DNA of 64,000 bases from contig CM060734.1 of the NCBI GenBank assembly GCA_030704615.1, forward strand, positions 35,836,001-35,900,000. Direction: 5' to 3'. The position numbers and the translations under genes are program-made. The notes below the pieces were generated by a model, which saw only the letters and a program-made list of their open reading frames with translations, was not told the DNA's origin and searched no databases. Shown one piece after another: positions 14,546 to 27,290 of the stretch. Source of the stretch: Takakia lepidozioides. Taxonomy: Eukaryota; Plantae; Bryophyta. The number at the start of each line of letters is the position of its first letter. Positions within the stretch are counted from its first letter, which is position 1.

Positions 14546-14802
14546 AAAAAATAAAATAAAATTGCTTATAGGGTTTGTGAAAAGGTTAAAAGAACTTAAA
14601 AAGTTGTCCATCACGTATGTACAATATATACATACTTTTGGGGGGAAATTTCAAATGTGTGCATGTAGCGTACTGGTAAGGGCTCTTCTTGCGTGTCGCG
14701 GGGTCGCGGGTTCAAACTCCTCACGTTGTTTTTTCCCCCCTCATGCACTAAGCCCCACTAAGCCCCACTAAGCCCTATCGTTGCTGTGCACACTAAGTCC
14801 TC

Positions 14803-16350
14803 GTGCAGGTTAGTCTTAGCAGGCCGCGTTTCAATCTCTGCTCGCTCAGCTGCACCATGGTGGTTCTCATGGACAATCCGACATTAACTGACTACAGACA
14901 CAAGCAGCACACACAAGAGGTCCGTTTGGGTTCATGGTCTGTCAAATCCTCCATGGGTCATGACACAAGGTCGACGACAATGTGGTTAGGGCACCTTCTT
15001 CTTCGACCTATTTCAGCCTGTTTTGCCCTCCCATCAGACTCGGCCCTGAATTTGCAGCACGGAGCAAAGCTCGCATGAGTTTTTTACGATCCTTCATGAT
15101 GGTGGGACAATCGCAATCGCAAGGTGTGGCCTTTTCTTAATGTAGGATGTGAAGAAGTTTGTCTATCCTGCAAATGTGGGCTTTTGGCTCCTGTTAGTAC
15201 CATGATTTGGTATTCTTCATGATGTTTACAAGGTTCTTGGGAGAGTCAGCTTGGTCTTAGCAGGTCGTGTTTCAATCTCTGCTTGCTTAGCTGTACCATG
15301 GTGGTTCTCATGGACCAATGCGATGTTTTTTTTTTCCCTCAAGCACTAAGCCCCACTAAGCCCTATCGCTGTTGCGCACTTAAGTCCTCGCTGATGTTTA
15401 CAAGGTTCTTGGGAGAGTCAGCTTGGTCCAGGGTATGCACGGCAGGGACGTGGGATGGAGGCTTTAGAGAGCTATGAGCAAATGATGGGGGAAGCACATC
15501 GTGTTTGTGTGCATTTGCAATGTTTGTGTAAGCCTGGCAACCCTGGAGAAGGGCAAGAGGTGCATGGGGATATCATCAAAGCTGGAATTGTGCCAAATGT
15601 CAATCTGAACACTGCCTTGGCAGCTTTGGAAAAGGGGAAAGAGGTCCATGGCATCATCTTCAGAGCTGGAATTGTATCAAATGTCATTCTGAACAATACC
15701 CTGGTGAACATGTTTGCAAAATGTGGGTGCATCTAGGATGCAAAGGGAGTGTTTGACACTATGGCTGAACGAGATGTGGTGTCGTGGAGTGCGATGCTTG
15801 CAGGGTATGCACGGCAGGGACGTGGGATGGAGGCTTTGGAGAGCTATGAGCAGATGATGGGGGAAGCACATCATGGTTGTGTGCATTTGCAATGTGCGTG
15901 CAAGCCTGGCAGCCCTGGAGAAGGGCAAGAGGTGCATAGGGATATCATCAAAGCTGGAATTGTGCCAAATGTCAATCGAACACTGCCCTGGCACCTTTGG
16001 AAATGGGGAAAGAGGTGCATGGCGACATCTTCAGAGCTGGAATTGTACCAGATGACAATCTGAACAATACCCTGGTGGACATGTTTGCAAAATGTGGGTG
16101 CATCTAGGATGCATAGGGAGTGTTCGACACTATGGCTGAACGACATGTGGTGTCGTGGAGTGCGATATGATGTGCTTGCAGGGTATGCACAGCAAAGATG
16201 TGGAATGGAGGCTTTGGAGAGCTATGAGCAAATGATGGGGGAAGCACATCATGTTTGTGTGCATTTGCAATGCTTGTGCAAGCCTGGCAGCCGGCCTGGA
16301 GAAGGGCAAAGAGGTGCATGGGGATATAATCAAAGCTGGAATTGTACCAT
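14803..16350 (+). pseudogene. Scrambled fragments of a PDF-motif/PLS-PPR gene (PDF exons with introns, then about three tandem broken PPR units)
   Basis: 14803-15020 resembles 53950-54190 and 15060-15320 resembles 53770-54020; 15430-16350 holds repeated EALESYEQMMGE / GKEVHG.II.AGIVPNV / FDTMAERDVVSW with shared frameshifts and a shared TAG. Confidence 0.85.
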
Positions 16351-16856
16351 GATTACCCACAGAGTGGTGTGTAAGCTATTTTGCGTCATTCATGGTGTCT
16401 CTCTGAGTGGGAACTATGGATTGGAGTGATTATTAACAGAGTGGTGTGTAAGTGATTAGGAATACCACTGGATGAATTCATACCACTAGTACAGTAATAT
16501 ATATGTGACTACTTATACCACTATACGAGTGGTGATGTAGGCAATTGTGTGCATTTGGCTACTCCCACAGTTTTAAATTATACCACTATTACAGTGATGT
16601 GCAAGTGATTATGAACATGACTAGAGGAACACATACCACTAGTGTAGTGAAAGAAGTACCATTGGGGATTCAAGCTCCGCAAAATAGACTAGAATCCCAG
16701 AGAGTTAAGTGTTGGAACACTGTCAACAAAATCCAGCCATGATAAAAGTCTGAGCCTAACTTCTACACGGCGTCTCCACATGCATGCTAAGAACACTGAA
16801 CTGCTTTCCTGCCTTCTTCTCACTGCCAACAATGTCTATGCCCAGGCAAACGAAAT

Positions 16857-17132
16857 CTAAGCCCTCTTCATGTTCTTCTCTGGCCAAAGACAATTCAGAC
16901 CGACGACATCCTCCAACATTGTTTGCGGTGGGACCTCTTCCTCGTTAGGGTGAGGCAAGACACAATTGACAATATAGATATCATTCACCTCAACCCGCCA
17001 CAATCCTTCAGGTATAACATGGCAGTGATATGTGTCTTTGTCAGGCACACCAGTGACAATTCCACTAGCAGCCCTGTGTCGTAGTAAATGAGGATCATAC
17101 AGGCTGATTTTGTCCTTCAACTTAAACTGCAC
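16857..17132 (-). pseudogene. CACTA TnpA/Tnp1-like C-terminal domain fragment
   Basis: AASGIVTG...YHCHVIPEGLWRVEVNDI...LPHPNEE...TMLEDVVGLNCLWP pattern typical of En/Spm accessory ORFs. Confidence 0.6.
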
Positions 17133-18009
17133 ACAACACCCACCATAAAACCCACATTAATCAACCCATGAAGACTTACATGTACATTGAAAACTAGATA
17201 ATGAGGACCGTCCAGTATAAGCAATCACTTAAAGTGCAGAGTACTTTTGGTAGCATAAGAATATCTGCCACTGTGGCAGGGGGTTGATATTTGGGGGTTG
17301 CCTTTGAAGGCGCCGTAGTTGGTGCACTGTCGGTGGCAATATCAAGAGTGGCTTTCTCAGCCTGCAAACATCACGCCCAACACCCCTTAGCAGTTACATT
17401 TAGCAATGTATCTACTAATAGTTTGAAGTACCCAACATGTAAATGGCCACATTGTATAGAACTGATAGCCGACAGGTGCATGCATGCTCACCTCTAGTAC
17501 GAAAACTGCTTGCATGGAGAGGTGCCTCCAGTTGCAGCCTAACACAAGCCCCTCCACCCCACAAAGTTAGCAATCATGGAAAATAAGGTCAACCGGGCAA
17601 CGAGCAAGGTCGGCAGTTCGTGAATGCATACAACCTTGGTCCAACGTGCCAAAAAAAGTTTGGCATCCAATGGCGTAAATGCATGGAATGTCATGCTCTG
17701 GCACCCTAGCAATGTCCCACATCCATTCAGTATTAAAACCCTAACACATGTTCTAACCCTTTGAAATTTAATCCATGGGTCAAGCCATACATAGTCCAAT
17801 TCGTAAGCCATTCATCTTTCTAACAAGGTTTCCAAGTCATTCACATTTAGGAAAGAGCCTTGGTTTGATATATAACATTTACCACCATATATGCAGATTG
17901 TAAACTCATCACAAAAGCAAATTGCAGGTCTGGAGATAAATCTCCGGAACCAGGCTCAAAGCATATCAGGTTCGAAATGAAACAATCAGCCACTCATGCC
18001 TTAAGTTCA

Positions 18010-18970
18010 TGAAGTTTTTACCTCGGTTGTCCCACCATTGACTGGGGTCAGAAAAGTATTCATTCCACAGCTTCTCCTCGTCTCAGCTGTTACCTGTTTT
18101 TGGATACTTCTCTGTTGTCACATTGGCAGTACCATGTCAAAGTCGCTCCAAACTATCAAAGGCTCACTCAACCAGCTAACTTGCAGAATTCAACATGAAA
18201 ATTTAGGGCCAATTCTGATAAGAGGGAAAAACAGGGTGAAATGTGTTGAAGAAGGTGCTTTCATTACCAGTGCCTGTGTTTATCATTGTGCCGCTGCTGC
18301 TGCGGCTTCTAGTTGACGAGTCGCCATCTACCCATGCAGGTTTCTTGTAGCTATTGATCCATCTGGTGCATTTCCAGCTTTGGTGATGCAACCATGCACC
18401 TCCAATGCCCTTTTCCAGGGCTGCCATGCTTGCACACGCACTGCAAACGCACACAAACATGATGTGGTCGAACTTCACCCCTTCCCCCATCATTTGCTTT
18501 CAAGTCTCCAAGCCCCATATAGCGCCCCTGCTCTGCACACCCTGCAAACATCACATTCCACAACACCACATCTCATTCAGCCATAGTGTTGAACACTCCC
18601 TTGGCATCCTCAATGCTACCATATTTGGCATACATGGCCACCAGAGCAGTGTTCAGGATGACATTTGGAACAATTGCAGATTTGATCATGTCACCAGGGA
18701 TCTCTTTGCCCTTTTCCAGGGCTGCCAGACACACTGCAAACACACACAAACCTTATGTCGGCGGGCTTCACCCCTCCCCCATCATTTGCTCATAGGTTGG
18801 AGCCTCCATCCCGCACCCCTGCTGTGCATACCCCGCAAGCATCGCACTCCGCGACACCACATCTTGTTCAGCCATAGTGTTGAACACTCCCTTGGCATCC
18901 TCGATGCACCCACATATGGCATACATGTCCACCAGGGCAGGGGCAGTGTTCAGAATGACATCTGGTAATC
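18010..18970 (-). pseudogene. PLS-PPR fragments joined to PDF-motif exons with the intron retained
   Basis: VDMYAICGCIEDAKGVFNTMAEQDVVS..., then WINSYKKPAWVD...linker, an intron homologous to 54149-54306, then EEKLWNEYF/DPSQWWDNRGK (frameshifted). Confidence 0.85.
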
Positions 18971-18984
18971 TGACAAACATTCTC

Positions 18985-19262
18985 TTTTTAGAATTGTTCC
19001 AGCAAATGCCCCAACCCTACTGACTTAGAGGCTGTAGTGTCCAAAGCCATGTCCGTTTCCAGAAAATTGTCTGATGAAAATGAAGTTAGGCAGAAAACTT
19101 CCCTGGACTTGTTTCCAGTCTGTGACATGGGGGAGGACATCATGGATGACCTCAAGGGTCTACCCACTCTCGGCACCAGACTGAAATTTAAACTAAGGGC
19201 AGGAATCCTACCTTTGAATAGCAAACAGAAGCAGAGAGGAAAGGGAGAGTGCAATTGCACCC
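18985..19262 (+). mobile_element. LINE ORF2 3' fragment
   Basis: LKGLPTLGTRLKFKLRAGILPLN...RGKGECNC; homologous to 51480-51845 and 60972-61540. Confidence 0.6.
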
Positions 19263-19324
19263 AACTCAACTTATCACACTAGTTCCTATGTCAATTGCAT
19301 CTGCTACACTCTGTAATCTGACAA

Positions 19325-19727
19325 GCATTCACCTTTTTGCCTCGGTTGTCCCACCAGTTACTAGGGTCAAAAAAGTATTCATCCCACAGCTTCTTCTCAT
19401 ATCTGTTACCTGTTTTTGGATACTTAGGGATGACTCTGATAGCATGGGAATTCGGGGTGAAATATGTTGAAGAAGGTACCTTCATTAGCAGTGGGCCTTG
19501 TTCTATCAATTGCGCTGCTGCCATTGTTGTTTCCAGTTGACCATCTACCCACTCGTAGCCATTGTGCTATTGAAGAAGGTGCCCCCCCTTCCCCCATCAT
19601 TTGCTCATAGCTCTCCAAAGCCTCCATCCCACGTCCCTGCCGTGCATACCATGCAAGCATCGCACTCCACGATACCACATCTCGTTCAGCCATAATGTCG
19701 AACACTCCCTTTGCATCCTAGATGCAC
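19325..19727 (-). pseudogene. Second PPR-to-PDF fragment unit
   Basis: FDIMAERDVVSWSAMLAWYARQGRGMEALESYEQMMGEG, linker, then ccaaaaacag acceptor and NRYEKKLWDEYFFDPSNWWDNRGKK|gtgaat. Confidence 0.85.
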
Positions 19728-19879
19728 CAATTACTTCTAACCCTTTAACCATGGAGTTAGCCTGCAATTGATTCATCCTAGCCTGATTTATATGTCCCAA
19801 CCTATGATGCCAGGGACCAGCTGTATTAGATTCTATTACGGCTCTATTACGGCTGGCATGGCAGTAATATTCGTACTTT

Positions 19880-20280
19880 GAATGGCAATCCCCAATCTAT
19901 AGTTTTCTAGTTTGCAACTAGCTACTAGCTTTCCATTTTTTAAAACTACACCAGCGTTGTTTGATGTGCATCTCTCCCCCAGCCATTTCCATTTGTTTTG
20001 CTGAAAACAGATTTTTCATAAGACCAGGAACATGAAGTACGTCAGAGACTTCCTTTTGTTGACCATTATCTTGTGTGGCACCCGTGTCAATATACCAGGT
20101 TGGATCCTTGCCTCTTCTCGAAATCAACGCTGCCACACATAATTGATTGCACTGTTGCACTCGGCCACTGCTACATTCCTTTGCTTTGCAGCCTCGGTTG
20201 CCATTCTCTTTCGGCAGTCCTTTATCATGTGCCCCATTTTCTTGCAGAAAAAACATTTAATCTTTAGTTTCTTCTTGCTT
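19880..20280 (-). pseudogene. Copia gag zinc knuckle and aspartic protease remnant
   Basis: CFFCKKMGHMIKDC (alternate frame), WYIDTGATQ, DVLHVPGLMKNLFS. Confidence 0.85.
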
Positions 20281-23065
20281 GACATGGTATTGGCAACAAC
20301 CCAATGGATCTTTTGTGACTTGGGACCAGATCCGAGATGCTTTCTTGAATCGATTTTGTGGAATACATCAATCTAGTAGTGTTCTGATGGCACTGACAAG
20401 AATCCGTCAAGGCCCTACGGAGGAAGTAGAGGACTTTGAGCAAAGGCCTGCAACGTTAGCAGACGCTATTACTGCAGGGAAGGAGTTTGACAACATGCAC
20501 AAGCAAGTGCAACGAGCCAAGATGCCGGAACTTGCACTTCCATCATATATACCATCAAGCATGTCCGAGAGCCGGCCCCATCACTGGCAGTTCAACCAGC
20601 TTTGCATTACATGCCCTCGTATGTCAAAGGAGCAAGACCTTACGTCCCAACAACGATTGCAGGACCAGTTGCAACACAATCAACGCCGGGCTACCCCAGT
20701 GTAATTCCCACCAACTTTTATGTTAAATCAATGGAACAGTCATATTCACAAGTTGGCCATATGGAGGCACAAGTAACATCCCTCATGAAGTCAATCGAGA
20801 CAATGGGAGACCGAATGAGCTCCATCAATCAACAAATCACCTGCTACGTTGGATGTCCAGATGCAGTACCAGTCGAAGAGTCAGGCCCCAATCCAGCGAA
20901 GGTCTGGTGTTCAAGTTGCATCACTTCAGGTCATTCCCTACAATATTGTCCTTATCCCACAGGAGTGGCATCCAACTCTGGTTCCTCCGGTATGGGTGAT
21001 GTACTCTTTGACCTTAAAAGTGTGAGAGGTCCAGATGATTAGGCCTAGTCTAGAAGTAAAAACTTCGGATGTTCTCTACCAGATTTTTCAAGGTACATGC
21101 GTTGTAGAGGAGTGGCGGACCCTTTTTTCTTCATCATCAATCTTCAGGTGAGTTGCAAAGAAAGTTTATACTGTTTGTCAGCTGAGAAATTCATAGACGC
21201 TTGATGGGTTTACTGTTCAATATATCAGAAAACTACTGTTTCTTTAATCCATGAGCGAGTAAGCTGGCCATCAATGATGAAGAGAGGGCACTTTCAAAAT
21301 GTGGGTCCGAGGGTCTGAGAGTTCAAGGCTATATATGCCAAAGACTGAAAAATATAAGCTAATTCTTGAGTATAAGCATATAGACAAGTTAAAGCTGCCA
21401 GCAAAGCCCACCAAAATAAAACTAGAGCAAAAGTCTAGGATAGTTGTAGGGTAGACTGTCATAGATTCTCAACATGAAAAATTTCATAGCTCCTTGTCCT
21501 TACTGAAACAGCAGCCAAAGAGTACTCCTTGAGAGATTCCAGGTTGCTCTGAGAATAAACTGCATGTTCCATTATTGTTGTAACTGTAAATCAATGATTG
21601 AACTGTAGCAACAGGTCTGTGCTCTGGCAGCTGCTGCCAGCATGTCCCTGCGGATGTTGCTTAGCAGATTACAATGTGCATGACAAATTTCTAGTGCCAC
21701 TATCTTAGTCAAGTGATGACGATGTCTTGTGATGGCAGGTTCCCGGGAGTACATCGTACTCCCTAGTACTGTACTACATGATCAGCGAACCTATTTCCTC
21801 TGTCTCACTCTTGGAGAGTTTTGTGAATGCGGATGATAGGTTTCGAAATTCCCGTTTTAAGCTCATTCTGAACATTGCCAAGGTTTGTTCACCTTACAAC
21901 GTGGTTGATGATGTACTCAGATTGCTCAGCATATGAAGAGGAAACTCTTGGGATAATGTCTTCACTCGGCGAAGAGCTGGTTGTGCACACCAACTTCCCA
22001 TCTCACAATATGTACCGACTTGTTTGCTCACGATAGTTGTGGGTGGGGGGGGGGGGGGGGACTCTTTGCATCAAACACGGTCCTAAAGTAGTCGAGGACT
22101 ACAATATTGAAAGTGGCCATTCCTCTTGCAATTCTGGAAGGACAGACTCGCAGTGGGGATCTCCCATAGGACAAGATATTCTCACTAATGTTCCTTTCTG
22201 TGGTTGATCGATAAAATGAATTCTCCCGGTCAAGAACGTACAAACTCAAATCTTAATTTTACTTATTGTAAACCCCATTATTACAGTGCTAGGGACATTA
22301 AAAGCTCGGACTGTTTGGAATGGTTGTATGGAGACAACCAGTTTCAAGAAGAATCAATGAAACCTAACAGATATAGAGAACATTCCGGTACCCTCAAAGA
22401 TGGGAGTCAAATCTAAGGAGTCACAATTCACTATTTTAGCCAACAAGATTGGACTGAGTGATGGTGTCATTCAAGAGGGGGTTGATAAAATCATTAAGAT
22501 GTGGACAACAAGAAAAGATGATATACTCCAGGATGTCGTGAGAGACAATCTCCCTTACATGCCATATGTAGAGCAGACACAGTCAAAAGCCATGGATACT
22601 GAGTCTAGCCCAAGGGTTACGTTACAGCTGGAGATGAATCTGGTTGACAACATGTCAGGAGAAGGTGAACCTCTTGATAGGGTAAACGATGGAGCCTCAT
22701 TGAGCTCGGGGCAAGTAGCCAAGTCACCGTTATCTTCACTCAGAGAGTTCCGAGACGCGGGGTAGATATTCATTGCAGCTGAAGACACTACGGGGAGAGG
22801 CGTTCCCCAATTGGGTCAATGGTATCCGGTGCAAATACTATCATTTGTGAGTTATTTCCTTTTCTCCATATTTCTTTATCACTTATTATTGGAGCTCCGG
22901 GAATGACAACCTGGGGTGCGGGGCAACAAAGTTGCAATAATTAAGTGAATTCTCCATTTGGAGGAAGTCAATAGGGCTCCTACCCGGAGTTTATTTTTTA
23001 TTTTTCATCATTTGTTGGAGTATTTTACATGTCATCATTGGTTCAAATTCCGGAGGAGGTAATAA
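20279..23065 (+). mobile_element. Ty3/Gypsy retrotransposon remnant (gag clear, remainder highly degenerate)
   Basis: TWYWQQPNGSFVTWDQIRDAFLNRF...IRQGPTEEVEDF (retrotransposon gag), CSSCITSGHSLQYC knuckle, PPT-like ggaggaggtaataa before tg at ~23066; right boundary uncertain. Confidence 0.6.
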
Positions 23066-24598
23066 TGATATCCTCTATTCCATTGAAATTAATGGTTCAT
23101 TTCATGTAAATGTGGAAAAGATTCTTGTACAGGGTTGAAGACGATATCAGTGTTTGCATCCATATGTCATACGCATTATTGCCGATCATTTTCTTAAATG
23201 CATGCCCACCGGTGGTGAGGCGCTTCAGTTCCGAATCATATTTCATGTGCATATATAGTGTTTGCTGCAACAAACACTCTACCAGTATACTGATGTTCCC
23301 TGCATGGAACACTGCGACTTCCTGAATGTGGATCTCTAACTTTGTACCCTTCCTTCTAATCTATTGTCAATATCACCACCCCACTGCAATATTTCTCATA
23401 GAGAGAGAAAAAATCACAAAGACAGTGAGGGGGTAAAAGGAGAGATTTTAGAGTAGTGGTTGCTGCTCCCCTCACATGAGTGGAAAGGTTTCAAGCATGG
23501 GAAGACCCAGAAGGGCCTACAACCTTTTCTAGTAAAAATCTAAGTAAGATCTTCATAGTATCAAATCATTTCTAAGTCAGTATTTCACCATGAGCTCTGC
23601 GAAATCCATGAGAGGTCCCTGTGAGTCATGTTTTAGATATAGATGGTGCACAGTAGGGTCCTCTGAAGCTCAAAAATATTCAATCATTTTCATTGCTATT
23701 TGCTCCAGCCGGGTTCAAGCCGAGATCCTCTCTTAGAAATAGAATTGCTATTCGAGTCGATGTCATTTTTAGAAATAGCAAGAGTATGGTGACTCCTCTG
23801 AGGTGCAGAAAGTATCCAATCTTTTCCCGCTGATATACGAGCACAGGCTCAAAGTATTTCCAAGACCGTAGTAGAATTAAAAACCAATCTGACACATATC
23901 ATATCTTCTTCCATCATCGAGGGGATTCAAACCCAGTCCGGTGGGGGAGAATGGATGGGTTTGAAAAGTTTTTATCTGGGACTCAAACTCTCTCCGAGGA
24001 GGGAGAGGGTCTGGATTTGCAAAAAAAAAAAATTATCTGGATTTCGGCCCATGGAACTCAAACTCTCTCCGTAGAGGGCGAGTGGATGGTTTTGAGACTT
24101 TGTGATGCGTTTCTCTTTCTTTGACAAAAAGTCTTATGTCAAAACAATGTACATATGTACAACCCAATAAGAGAGTCGCCATTAGAATTCAGTTTAAAAT
24201 GTACAACCAGAGATTCTAGGTTCTTTCACACTCGGGTCAAGTGTTCCCCATTGGTCGCCATATATGTCGATCAATTTTTCGGATCATGTTTTTGTGTTTA
24301 TGGCGAGAAGCGAAGACCTTAAACTACTGGGGGCTTTGACGAAGGTCAGGGCGAAAACACGGAGATAGAGCAACCACGGGAAGTAACCGCTTCACATCGT
24401 CCAACCAACGATGCGCGGGCTCAGAGGTCTCGTAGTAGCGAGGGGAGGGGAAACCGACCCACCAGCCAGGACACGAAGGTGACTAGTTAGAAAGCGATCA
24501 TAATTTAGAATAGCACATTTTATGTACATTAGTATATATTTTATGAACTTTAGTACGAAATCATAGTACGAAATCATAAATAAAATGGAATTCTAGCA

Positions 24599-25230
24599 AT
24601 GGCAGAGTCGGAGGACCAATCGAAGGACAACTCCTTGATTCCGGGATTGACAGACCATGTGACACTAGAATGCGTTGCACGGGTGCCTCGCTCTTATTAT
24701 TTACCGTTGAAAGGTGGTTGTAAGAAATGGCAGAATGCGCTATCGGTGGTTGATGACGAAGGCTGCAACGACATCTTTGTGACTCGAAAACGGGTGGAGA
24801 TCAAGGAAAAATGGTTGTATACATGCTGGCTCGGCCTGCATACAATGCCCAGCCTCCTAGCACGCAATGGCGATGTCTGCCAGACTACCTTGTGGATTAT
24901 ACCTTTGAAGTTTCTGACAAGGAGTCGGCAGTTATAGGAATGCAGCTTTTGGTTTGTGGAAAGTCCTCTAGAGGCTACATGGTATAGAGATATGATCTAG
25001 AAATCAACAAATAGTCTTCAACGCCAAGAATGATTCAGGATCGATGTTTTTTTTGGATCAGCAAATGCAGAAAATAATGCCTATATTATTGGAAGTTCTC
25101 ACCAACAGACGACTCTCAAAGCAATCAAGCACTACAACTCACTACTTCAAGCATGGGAACCTCTCCCCGACCTCAACATGGAATTTAATTGGAGCACAAG
25201 GGTAAATATGGACCATTGGATGATTGGCTG
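24599..25230 (+). pseudogene. F-box/kelch-repeat pseudogene
   Basis: SLIPGLTDHVTLECVARVPRSY...CKKWQ F-box signature; later AWEPLPDLNM kelch-like remnant; stops and frameshifts. Confidence 0.75.
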
Positions 25231-26981
25231 ATCAAGGGTAGCGATCCAACTTCCCAAACTGATGAATAACATGGATGAGGAGCAACATTCACGAGGACTT
25301 AAAACGGATCATGTACCAACTTTAAGTTGGTCATGTCCCTAGATGGATGAAAAGTACAAGGAAGAATGAGAATGGATGAAATCAACGAATGGATGAGAGA
25401 TCGCAAGCTGGATGAAATTGCAGGATGGATGAGATCAGAAGTTTCCAAGGTTGCTTGGCCAACAAGTTTTTCATTAAACTAGTTTTCCTATTGGCCCAAA
25501 AAAAGCATAAAAGGAGGCTTGGAGGAGTGGGAAAGGCCAATATCAACAGTATCAATCGATCCAGTACCCAGAAGAGTATCGAGAGTAGACGAGCATGGGA
25601 TAGAGAGGACATCAGAGCGTTCTTGGCGAAGTAGGGTGCTAGCAGGAAGACTATTAGTGTGCTCGGGCGATGTGATAGGAGAACGCAGTGTGAAGAGTGC
25701 TCAAGAGGAGAGCAATCGGCCGAGAGAGGGGTCCTGATCAGCAGTTTCTGCATAACGTAGAGCGATATGCGAGGGTGGCAGTGCGTGCCGCAGTATCAAG
25801 TGACCAAATATTCGTACATGAAAAGACACAACTATTCACAACATGTCTCTTGGACGCTTTACATCTGTCATTGACAAGTCTAGAGATACTTGTTCGTGCG
25901 CGCAGTCTATCAGAACGGGGCTGTATGAATTTGATTGTCTGAAAGCAGTTTTCGTAAATCAAAAGACTTCTGATCTTCAATACTTATTCTTCATTCTGAT
26001 CAGCAGGGGTACTTATCTCTGAAACTGAATGTGGTGTTTTGGCACAGCTAGGGACGAGCAGTTAAGAGCGCTTAGAAGCCCACTTGGAAGTTTAGCCTTG
26101 AATTTTGCTCTAACCAATGCTTAATGTTTCTCTTGAAATAAGTCAACGAAGCATAAGGTGGATGTTTAAGGCTAGTGGAATCTTGTCTTGGAACTTAAAT
26201 GCCTTTGTCAAAGATGAGAAGTCTTGAATGGCCAGAAGTATGATCAGATGGTCTGATATACAGCCAGGACAGGGGAGTGAAATGATGTTCTCTCGAGCCT
26301 ATGGCAACATGTCAAATCATATCCACATGTAGGAGCTTATAAAGTTACCTGCCCATGTCAATGTGAAGTACTGCCAAATCTGAAAGTTCCTAACCGCTTA
26401 TCCGATAATTCACTGTCCCTGATGTTTATGAAGGTGTTCTCTTGTGACCCTAGCTTCAGGTGATTTCCCCTATCTATTGCCCATAAGATCCCGGCCAAGC
26501 AGCCATCTCCTGTCCTGGAGATAACCTCTCATTTTCGCCGATGCAAGGTCCTAACCGCCGCAACAATCCACGGGTCCATAAAATGTCATTCGAAATTGGC
26601 GGAATGCAGTGACCCTTCGTGGTTGAAGAGATGTGCTCCCTTCAGATGTTATTGTGTTAAAGTAATTGATGCAACGTTATTACTGCAATACATGAATTTG
26701 GGCTTAGTGATTAGTGAAGTTATTTCCAAAACGCAGGTCGAGGGTTCAATTCCCTCTGGCCACATTATCCTCTGTAGCTCGTTTTCTTGTATTTAATTTT
26801 TAAGACCCCGCTACACCTATTATAAATATGTAGATGACTAAGTTTGTTTCAATGAATGAACACGGATTTGGTGGTTAAGGAAGGTTATTGGAATGCCCGA
26901 TGTAGGGAGTTGAAATCCCTCAGTTGCAGCACTAGTACTTTGCTTATTTTTTTATCTTTTATATTAGAACGTCATTGGGGT

Positions 26982-27290
26982 TCAGTGTTTTTATTTCTGG
27001 CGAAATTTCGACCTCAAAAATCAAAATCGAATATTCTGTCATAAATTCCCTATTTCTCATGGATGAAATCGCCAAAATTCTCAAAAACAAATATAAATCT
27101 TGGATGAATTCGCCTAATATGGATGATATACATGGATGAAAGTACAGCGGAGGATGATTCTGTCCAAATTTCAGTGGATGAGCAGAAAATATGGCTGTTT
27201 TTTTGCAAAACTCAGTAGCCACTCCTGTTCTTTTCCAAATTTGAAAACAAAAATACTGTTGGGGTTTAGTTGGTCGTTCTTTACTAACAT
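26982..27290. repeat. Dispersed MITE-like repeat (paralog at ~62600-63140)
   Basis: cgacctcaaaaa...aatattctgtc...aaattccct...catggatgaaatcgccaaa...gcaaaactc shared with 62650-62860. Confidence 0.7.

Larger units (their letters stand above)
13189..16649. mobile_element. Candidate CACTA (En/Spm) element carrying a transposase remnant and captured PDF/PPR gene fragments
   Basis: Left end CACTAtgCTAGTGGT; right end reverse-complements to CACTAcaCTAGTGGT; many subterminal accact/agtggt motifs; 3-bp flanks aac/aaa match imperfectly. Confidence 0.6.

Noticed and set aside
14685-14722. tRNA-like A/B boxes here and at ~26700-26762
   Set aside because: No convincing cloverleaf or acceptor stem; likely TE-embedded Pol III-like relics rather than tRNA genes
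18985-19262. Idea that this LINE piece was copied from the GK intron together with the PDF/PPR fragments
   Set aside because: This copy extends further 5' than the GK-intron copies, so it is more likely an independent member of a dispersed LINE family
25380-26560. Possible further Gypsy LTR and PBS (tggcacagctagggac near 26040)
   Set aside because: No partner LTR or TSD found in the window; too degenerate to delimit
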